DNA of 60,725 nt, taken from positions 1 to 60,725 of the forward strand of contig JAVEBF010000008.1 in NCBI GenBank assembly GCA_051941275.1, given 5' to 3'. The position numbers and the translations under genes are program-made. Of the stretch, positions 52,392 through 60,725 are shown one piece after another (position 1 is the stretch's first letter; each line of letters opens with the position of its first letter). The notes beneath the pieces are model-generated. The model saw nothing but the letters and a program-made list of their open reading frames with translations, ran no database searches and was not told the origin of the DNA. The DNA is from Dirinaria sp. TL-2023a. Taxonomy: Eukaryota.

Positions 52392-54454
52392 TTATCCCAG
52401 ACTTGCCAGATTTGCCGCCAAACTGCCCTTGTCATACTTGACGTACTTCCCTTTGCCCTTGTCAATCTCGTGATACCGGTCCCAAAACCTCGCGTAAAGC
52501 GGCTCCACCATGGCTTGCACTTCTCTCGCAAGCTGGCTTCTGACTTCGCGTTCCATGGACATGGCCTTGTGCTTGTGGCACAGATCATCAAAGCTCGCAT
52601 TGAAGTTCTTGAATTTTTCCTTGATCGCGTCTTTGTCTTTGCTACCCAGGCCTTTGATCACGGCGGCCGAATCGATAATCCCTGCGCTGCCGGAAGGTGG
52701 CCGTGCGCCTCGATTGGTGTACTGGACATCCATGAGGGCAGAGCACGGCTCACGCCATGAATCTAGATAGGCCGATGTGCCTTTCTTGCGCCAAGAGTCG
52801 ATCTTCGCGGGCGCGCCACTAGAAGCTAGGATATCTGATAACTCGGAAGAGCGGATCATGCGATCCATGAGGGCCACGTTGTTTGCCATGAAAACGCCTA
52901 TCAATGCCTTGGTTCTGATCACCACACGCGCTTTGTTTTCCAAGCTCGTCAACAGGGTCTCCATCGTGTCCATGGCGTAATGGGCGAGCAGCTGGTTGCC
53001 GTCTGCGCCAACATCGAAATTTTTCATGGTGGGGATGGACATTGAAGAACCTGCGTTTGCGGCTCTCCCTGGATTCCAGTTACCATCCCCTAAGGAAGCC
53101 ATGATTGACGCCAGAGATTGCGGATAGAGGGTCATTGCTTGTAAGCGTGTCATAACCTCCGACGTTAGAGGCATTGCGGAGCCGTCGATAGGCAGAGTTT
53201 GCATGCTCTGGATTCTGCGCCTCACATCTTCGATGAGCTCAGTCAAGGATGCTTTCGCAGTTTCCCTTATGGGCTTCAGCGCATCTGCGAATGGTAATTT
53301 GAGTTCTCCGGTCTTTGAGTCTAGTCGGAATGAAAGGCTTGTCACAATTTCGATGAGCTCGTAAGCTAAAAAGCATTCGGTGTTCATGTTCGTCTTGATG
53401 TACATATTAAGCTCTCGGAGCGTTTTCGCGAACTCAGCAAGCGATTTGCGACATGTTGACTCGAAAGCGACCCCCCAATCCTCTCGCGGAAATATCGCAG
53501 AGATGTTCTGGAATTCCGCCAGGAAGATGCCTTCAATTCCACTTGCATAAGTACCGACACCGCTCGTACCTTGACGATAAATTTCATCAGGGTTCTTGCG
53601 TTTTGAAGTGGTAATTGAAGCTTGCGACAGATTTGCAAGGCTACTGCTGAGATAGTGGCCACGAGCTTCGGAGTAGATTCTGACTGTGGGTGATCTCCCC
53701 TTGTTATATGGATCATTGCGAGCGGATGGAGAAGAGACAAAGGAATCTATAGAGCCGAGTTGTAGTATTTTATCTTGCGGTATTGTTGGGAACGGTAATT
53801 CTTCGATGTTTTAGTACGACGCTTGAGCATTCTCCGCTAGACTCACGTTTTGTAATGAAGTGTAGCGGCTCGACCGGCTGCACTTTCTCAGAGAGCATGG
53901 AGCGAAACATATCTTGCAGCTGCTGGCTTCCTTCAGCTAGTAGCTCATTATAATCGCCGATTGCTTGCTGATTGACACGAAGATTCGTGGTCGTCAGTTG
54001 CGATAAGGTTCGATCGACTCGCTTGAGTGAGCCTAGATATTCATTAAGGCCGACTTTCTTAGGTCTGAAATAAGACAGAATTAGTCTTAAGAAATGGAAG
54101 CGACACTTAGGGAATATACCCTGAGCGAATGATCTTTTCTTCTCGCCCCTTGTCCTCAGTCTGGACAAGCATTTTGTCAATAGCAGCAAGGATTTTATCT
54201 ATATCTGGACGAGGATTTAGCTTCAGGAAAGGCCCTAACAGGATGGGCAACGCACTTCCATTCATTGTCTGAAGGTCTTGCGTGTTACTATAGACCGGGC
54301 CCATGGCGTCTTCCACCACTTGCCCTCCACTCTCTAGCCTTCCCAAAGACGCCTTGATTCTTTTTGAGATACCGTCGAACTTTGCAGCTTCGGCGAAAAG
54401 CACCTCAACCTCGGCACTTTCTTCCGCAAACGCTGCATTTCGCGCCTGTACCAT
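52392..54454 (-). CDS. EXO70: Exocyst subunit Exo70, 4 exons
   Basis: AFAEESAEVEVL, EPLHFITK, GVFMANN, KEKFKNFNASFD, EPLYARFWDRY, KYVKYDK. The frame is continuous from about 53800 to 52392. Confidence 0.95.
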
Positions 54455-55048
54455 TTTGTGGCCGTGGCCAATTTTGGGCCTAGTTCTTCGAGACTTGTGG
54501 TCGCAAAGCAGAATACATCCAGGAAAAGGGCGAGTGAAAAGATAATTCAGAGACGAGCTCAACGGATATGCAAGAGGAGATATTACAAAAAATCGCTCAA
54601 TCAAATCAGGAAATTTCCTTTGGAAGGCATGGTCATTTCTCCGTGTATCAAAGCCAAGGCTCTTACGCTAAGCAAACAGAGACTCGCAAAATATTGAATC
54701 CGACCTGGCTCCGTTCGCAAGAGCCAAGGGGTGGCTTTTGAAAAATATTCTTCGCTGATCCGGTAAGGGTCGACGTAATGTTGCTGCTTGGAGGATCAAA
54801 CTTCAGAAAAGCGACCTTTGGAGCTCAGGCAAGATTATGATGCTATGAGGATGACGAAACACCAGTATGTACTGTAAATGTTCTAGAGATCTCCGGATTG
54901 TGTAGACCTTAAGGTGTATGTAGGCAAATGATTCGTGCATTTCCAACCCTCACTGTTTAGCCGCGGGTAAGGCTGAGAAGAATGCAGGGACTGCGTGCCA
55001 CGCGCTTGTTTTTTACCTCGAGAGCAACGACAAGCCTTGAGACTCACT

Positions 55049-57451
55049 ATGAGTAGGCATGTAACATGGAGGCTTCGGTGGTCCCGTTCTGCTCTGGCAA
55101 TTGGAGCACTGCTTGCGGGCACTTCTATCTACGGACTCAAACATCGAAAGATTCCTTTGCGCAACGACAGCCAAACAGCATTGCCAGAACAGAAAATAGC
55201 AATCAAAGCCAGACAGGGGAAAGCCTCCAGCAATATCAATAACAATTCTTTCCTAAGCAACAACTACGCTAGAGACTCAGCCGAACAAGATCGTACGGTC
55301 GACCATGAAAGCGATGTGCCCTTATCCGATGACATCGAGGGAGCGGCGTGGGCAGCTTTCTCAAACCACTTTGCTACTGCGCGAGAGTCGCTATCCTCGA
55401 TACAGTGGCCTTCGCTCGGTGACCGGATTACAGACTTGATGGTGCCGGAATGGGTTCAAGATCTTCCACACCAAGTCAACAAGCTGCAAGCCCAATTGTC
55501 GATGGCTCCTGGTTCACTGGCGGATGAAATCTGGCAAGAGGCCAAAGATCCTGAGGTGAATCCAGAGATCACATACGAAGCAAAGGTCAGGTTTGGGAAG
55601 AGCTTGTGCAAAGCAGAGCTGGAATTTCGAGAGCGCAGAAAACGGCATACTGCCAAGGCGCTGGCCAAGTATTTGGCCATACCCGAGAAGGACGTCGAGC
55701 CGGACGATGTACCTATCATAGCAATGTGCGGCTCCGGCGGCGGTCTACGAGCTCTTGTCTCTGGTGCTGCATCATATTTAAGCACGCAAGAAGCTGGTCT
55801 GTTTGACTGTGTGACATATACGGCCGGTGTGAGCGGGAGTTGCTGGCTACAAGCCCTCTTTTACTCGACCGTTGGTGGCCAGAGACATGACCAAATACTC
55901 AATCATTTGAAAAAGAGAATACATACTCACATAGCTTTTCCTCCAGTCGCCCTGGGCCTGTTCATTCAGGCTCCAACTAATAAATTTCTGCTCTCAGGCT
56001 GCGTTGAGAAGCTAAAAGGTGACCCGACAGCAGATTTTGGCCTCGTCGACGTTTATGGTCTTCTACTAGCTGCTCGGCTGCTCGTGCCGCGTGGTGATCT
56101 CAGCGTCAACTCGCTTGACTTGAAGATCTCAAACCAAAGAGCCTACCTTACAAGAGGCGAGCATCCACTACCTCTTTACTCTGCCGTCAGGCACGAAATA
56201 CCAGTCAACTCAAGAGATAGGACGACGGGTCAAGTCACAGAATCCATCAAGGAGCAAGCAAAGAAGGAGGCTTGGTTCCAGTGGTTTGAATTCTCCCCTT
56301 ATGAACTCTGGTGCGAAGAAATAGCTGCAGGGATACCGAGCTATGCTATTGGGCGAAAATTCAAGAATGGGCTCAGTACGCCCCATAGCGACGGTGTCAA
56401 CCAGCCCGAAACGCGTCTTCCTTTACTCATGGGTATTTGGGGTTCGGCATTTTGTGCGACTCTCTCTCACTATTACAAAGGTTTTCACGACGCTACGTCT
56501 TTTAGTATTCGCTGATAAATGGCAGAGATTCGCCCTTTAGTCAAAAATTTCGTTGGCTTCGGTGGTATTGATGACTTGGTCGAAGAGAAAAACGATGAAT
56601 TGGTCAAGGTCCATCCAATCGATCCGGCCACAATTCCGAATTATGCCATCGGGGTTGACGAAGCTCAATTGTCGCCCACAACCCCAAAGAGCATATTTGC
56701 CGCAGAGCACCTGCAACTTATGGATGCGGGAATGTCGAACAATCTACCTATATATCCTCTACTTCGAGAAGGCCGCAACGTCGATGTTTTCATTGCCTTT
56801 GACGCTTCCGCGGATATCAAAACAGAGAATTGGTTGTCCGTTGCTGATGGATACGCTAAGCAGCGCGGTATCAAAGGCTGGCCCTTAGGCGCAGGTTGGC
56901 CGAAGGAAAAGGCCTCTGAAGATGCTACTAAAACAAATCTTGATGCTGCAGAAACTGTAAACGCACAACAAGCAGCCGGAAAACTTGCAGAAACGAGAGA
57001 AGAGCAGAGGGCACGCTCTGAGGCCAAGCAAGGAAAAGAAGCCGACCTCAACTACTGCAATGTATGGGTAGGTACCACATTGGAGCGTGAAAGCGCACAT
57101 GAACCTCCGCAAAGTAAGCGCTTAGATCCCGACGCTGAGTGGAAGATTTCCGCTCCTGATGCAGGTATTACTGTAATCTATTTGCCATTCTTACCAAATC
57201 CCACGGTAGAAGGCGTTGATCCAAACACCTCAGACTTTATGAGCACCTGGAATTTTATCTATACTCCAGAAGCCATTGAAAAAGTTGTCCGCTTGGCCAG
57301 AGCAAATTTCCAGGAAGGTAGCGAGCAAACCAAACGAACAATTAGAGCCGTATACGAGAGGAAGAAGAGCAAGCGACTTGAGGCAGAAAGTCGAGACCGT
57401 ATTCGAAGGTGGAAGAGGCAGTTAAGAGATTCTGGAGACCACTTTGGCTGA
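55049..57451 (+). CDS. plaA: Cytosolic phospholipase A2-like (PLA2c domain) protein; intron 56481-56525
   Basis: GSGGGLRA, catalytic GVSGS, WFEFSPYE, GIWGSAFCA, LMDAGMSNNLP. The N-terminus is Arg-rich and hydrophobic. Confidence 0.92.
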
Positions 57452-58367
57452 TCGCTAAGTGAGTTTTATTCTTCTACTGTAACCTAAGATTGCCTTGTCT
57501 GTATGCTTGGAGAGCTTGAGATACCCAGTAGACATAGACGAGATCCCTTCAGCGTGAATCTTATTCCGATCTGTTGCTTACGATTCCACACAAAGAGTGA
57601 ATTGTATGGCCGTGGCTGTACTTGTACCCTTTTACAGTTTCCTAAGGACTACCCTCCTTAGATGCTTCAGCTACTTGTAGGAGCATGATTTAAGTTTTGT
57701 TTTCTTCTGAACCAATCCTTTTAAGGTACCTTAGTTTCGGCTGGGATCCGGTTGGTCATGCCTAAAGATTGGTTGAATGTGCCTGACATATGCCCTACGC
57801 AGTGGGTGGAACCCCATTTAGGACCAGTTATAAGAATGTGTATGCCACCCTGAGTATTTGAGAATGGCTTTCCCCCTTGTGTCTTTCAGCCTAAGAGTTG
57901 CTAGGGAAGATACCGATCCTTGGCATAGCAAGAACAGTGTTGAGAGCTGGACAACTCTTACACAGGCTACCATTCTTTAGCCGGCCGAGCAACCTTGATG
58001 CTCCTGGGAAGACTCATCTCACATATTAAATCGGACTTGACGGTCCTATACTGTATGATTAGCTCTCATTTGACTGGCCTAAAACTTGGGCTCTTCCCAA
58101 GACATGAATTCACTTGGAAGGACAAAGGCGGTTTGACGATTTGATGGTCCTTCCATGGTTCCGTACTAGGGTTGGGATATATTCGGACAGCTTCATAAAC
58201 CTGTGAGACTAGGTCATTCGATTGCACAACGCTCTAGCTGACGTCGGTCTAGCTTACCCACAATGTTGTTTAACAAGCCCAAATCCTCCAAAATGCTTCT
58301 CCACAATCATCCTCCAAACATCATTACTGCTGTGGTTCCCTGCTCCACCATCATCATCGCTGCCATC

Positions 58368-59522
58368 ATGCCTCGACGCGAAGCACGTGCTCTAGACAGG
58401 CAAAGGGTCAGTGACTGGATCAACAGCTCTATGGCGGCTCGATCTGGCACGAGACAGGTGCCAACTGATACTGGAGTGCTGCGAACCTTCGACTCCACGG
58501 AAAGCTGGAACCCACAGACTGTCTGGCCTTCCACCCCCGACCCCTATGATTCCATTTCGTTTCAAACCACCAACTCCGCTGACCTTATTACCTCTGATGA
58601 TCCATGGTACCTCGAAGCAGTTGTCCAGCTCGTGCTGCAAAAGCTTCCGCAATCAATCTGTGCTCTCAAACCGGAGGTTGATCGCGAGGAAGTTTACGTG
58701 ATGCTACAACACTGCAGCGACACACGCTTACCCCTGGAGCAATTCGCCTTGGCTGTCAACATCCTCGCAGTTTTACCTCGTGATGGTGAGTGGGTCAGAG
58801 AGTGGATGGAGTCCCGTTCTGCTCGCCTGCCTGTGCGTTGGGAGGATGATTGTATGCCGGATGGTATGTCTTACTCCACAAGCTAAATTTTATTTTTTCG
58901 CCTATGAATGGACACAAGGCGTGGCCCCGGAACTTAAGAGACTGACGTCGCCCCAGGAGATCTAATTCCGTCCGAGAATGGCGTCTACTTGCCATCATAC
59001 TTCCGCCCTGACGCCGAAACCCCTCCGCCTCCACCTGAGCTCTGCGTGCTCGGCGTGCTCGCCATCGCGAACGACCTGCTCCTGGGCATAAGACACCCCA
59101 TGGGCAAAGATTACCGTCGCCATAGTCCGGGCCATTGGGCCATCCTCGTCTCTCGCGGCCGCTTCGGCGCCGGTCAAGTCCAAGCCGCTCGCAAAGTCAT
59201 CTGGCGCCAAGTTCAGAAGATGAGGGAGAGCCAGGTTTGGGGAAAGTTGCACGTGCGCATGGACCAGATCGATCGCCGTGCACATCGTATCGAGAACGAG
59301 GAATGGGAGCAGGAGGAGGAGAACGAGGAGTTTCAGGGGATTTTTGAGGGCTTGGAGGGGGTCCGCCTGCGCGAGGAGGGGGGTCTCTTCGGCGGCAGCG
59401 ATCTCGATGACGAGGAGGAAAGCGGTGGGTTGGCTGTCAATGCCGGGGCTGGGACGGAAGACACCAAGAGCATGGCATTCAGCGACTGGCTGGAGAAGAT
59501 CCCTCACGGTTACACTGGCTAG
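58368..59522 (+). CDS. Hypothetical protein with divergent cyclin-box-like helices; intron 58864-58956
   Basis: A GTATGT..ACTGAC..CAG intron joins the two ORFs in frame (MPDG-DLIPSENGVYLPSY). Helices LPLEQFALAVNIL and PELCVLGVLAIA..., then HWA. Alternative in-frame ATGs at 58263 and 58293. Confidence 0.7.
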
Positions 59523-59945
59523 GCACGGAGGCTGCGGGCGTTCTTTGGGGGTTGGACAGGGCCGATGGCTCTTGGAGCGTTGTTGGAGGGTTTTCAGTGT
59601 GTGCGAGAGGTATTTGAGTGAGTTGCGAATGTGCTCAATTAGAGAAAAAGTTGTCTTTGCAAGCATGATGCGACTCGAGTGCATAGTTTTCTTCTTCAAC
59701 AACCGTAGATAGCCCACTTACTAGCGAAATTGCTACTGTTTGACAATCATTCCAAATGAATCGGTGAAGTCTCGGGTTTCATAGAAATCCAACTATTGAA
59801 ATACAAAGTGGGCCATGAACGAGATTAGAGTACAGCTTACCTGATAAATTAAAAAGATAGATTTCATGCGTCATGACCATCTACCTCTCACCCTGCCTTA
59901 TCCTACTACTTTCCATGCTCTCCCTCCTCTGCTTCCATCCTCTGC

Positions 59946-60707
59946 TCACCATTGATCATCATTCAAAGTCCCTTGATACTCTTCCCACAAACTACCCACA
60001 TCCTTCCCGAACATTTTCTTCCAAAAGACGTCTTCTTCGTAGTTACGTCCCCTCAACGCTCCGTTGATCTTCATCACAGTATCCTCTCCCTGTTGCCCCT
60101 CAAGCCACTCCAAAAAATACGCTGTAGACGAGTATCCCTGATCCCAATTGCCGCCCTTATTTTTACTCCAGTGCGGAGGGCTGAACCCGGCCTTCAACCT
60201 TACGAAATCCGCGATCCCCTCGATCAAGCCCCCGGGACAGGTGCCATTTGCATTATATTGCCACGCATGCACCATCTCGTGGACGAGCACCCCGGCGATC
60301 TCGTCACGCCGCCTGTCAGCGGAGATGTGCTCTATGTACGAGAGCGAGAAATGGATTTCCTTGTGGTCGTCGTCCAGCTCTATCCCTTTGGTGTAAGCGA
60401 CACCGCCCATGTCTTCGAGGACGAGAGTTACGGATCGCGTGGGCGGGATGTGGGAGTTCGTTTTGGTGGGTTGGTACAGGATGGAAAGGACGGTTTGGAC
60501 GGCATTGGACAGGGCTTTGGAAGGGTCGCAGTTCGTGAGGAAGATGGAGGTGCCGGGATGGGAGAGATCGTGGATTGCAAGCCGGACCTTGGGACTTGGG
60601 AAGCTAGGCTTGGGATGTGGGCGGCTTTTGGTATCGGGAGAGTGCTTTGTGGGGGACGAGGGGCGGAGCGGTACAGGGGAGGCGGTAGGCTCCGATGTGG
60701 TGCTCAT
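59946..60707 (-). CDS. Basic secretory protein (BSP/PRp27) family zinc peptidase-like protein
   Basis: GVAYT, KEIHFSL.YI, GVLVHEMVHAWQ (HEXXH), LIEGIADFVRL, WDQGY..TAYFLEWL. No signal peptide is evident. Confidence 0.9.
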   Translation of the reverse strand: MSTTSEPTASPVPLRPSSPTKHSPDTKSRPHPKPSFPSPKVRLAIHDLSHPGTSIFLTNCDPSKALSNAVQTVLSILYQPTKTNSHIPPTRSVTLVLEDMGGVAYTKGIELDDDHKEIHFSLSYIEHISADRRRDEIAGVLVHEMVHAWQYNANGTCPGGLIEGIADFVRLKAGFSPPHWSKNKGGNWDQGYSSTAYFLEWLEGQQGEDTVMKINGALRGRNYEEDVFWKKMFGKDVGSLWEEYQGTLNDDQW

Positions 60708-60725
60708 TGCAAGAGGCACGGGGAG

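Noticed and set aside
53405..53800. Apparent gap or frameshift in EXO70 in the ORF track
   Set aside because: Manual translation shows an open frame that simply lacks ATG/GTG/TTG, so the gene is intact.
58995..59717. 240-aa minus-strand ORF and other long antisense ORFs in the track
   Set aside because: These are shadows of GC3-rich coding sequence on the opposite strand.

Overview
Eukaryotic, intron-rich genomic DNA from a filamentous ascomycete (Pezizomycotina). Evidence: introns of about 45-145 nt with GTRAGT/GTAYGT donors and CTRAC/CTRAY branch points, plus fungal-type proteins. Most of the window is gene-dense housekeeping sequence: a Yip1-domain gene, ubiquitin-RPL40, RRN7, eIF5A, SEC62, STU1/CLASP, a LIM-RhoGAP, ASK1, a Fyv7-like gene, MCM3, a formate/nitrite channel, L-2-hydroxyglutarate dehydrogenase, a ribosomal L1-domain protein, palmitoyl-protein thioesterase, cyclin CTK2, CDS1, Rad26/ATRIP, EXO70, cPLA2, a divergent cyclin-like gene and a BSP/HEXXH peptidase. 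The most notable oddities are: (1) the ubiquitin-RPL40 start codon is split by an intron (A|TG) and followed by a 7-nt microexon; (2) a 141-bp TA-flanked MITE-like element with telomere-like TTAGGG motifs sits in a small accessory island (47.9-52.0 kb) of orphan and secreted genes; (3) STU1/CLASP has an in-frame hydrophobic N-terminal extension; (4) an SDR pseudogene and several possible intergenic gene relics carry C->T type nonsense codons; (5) a uORF stop overlaps the RhoGAP start; (6) the FNT channel is atypical. I found no tRNA, rRNA, CRISPR or autonomous transposon, and no clear multi-gene novel system. Exon boundaries were inferred by eye, and family assignments come from recalled motifs, not from database searches.
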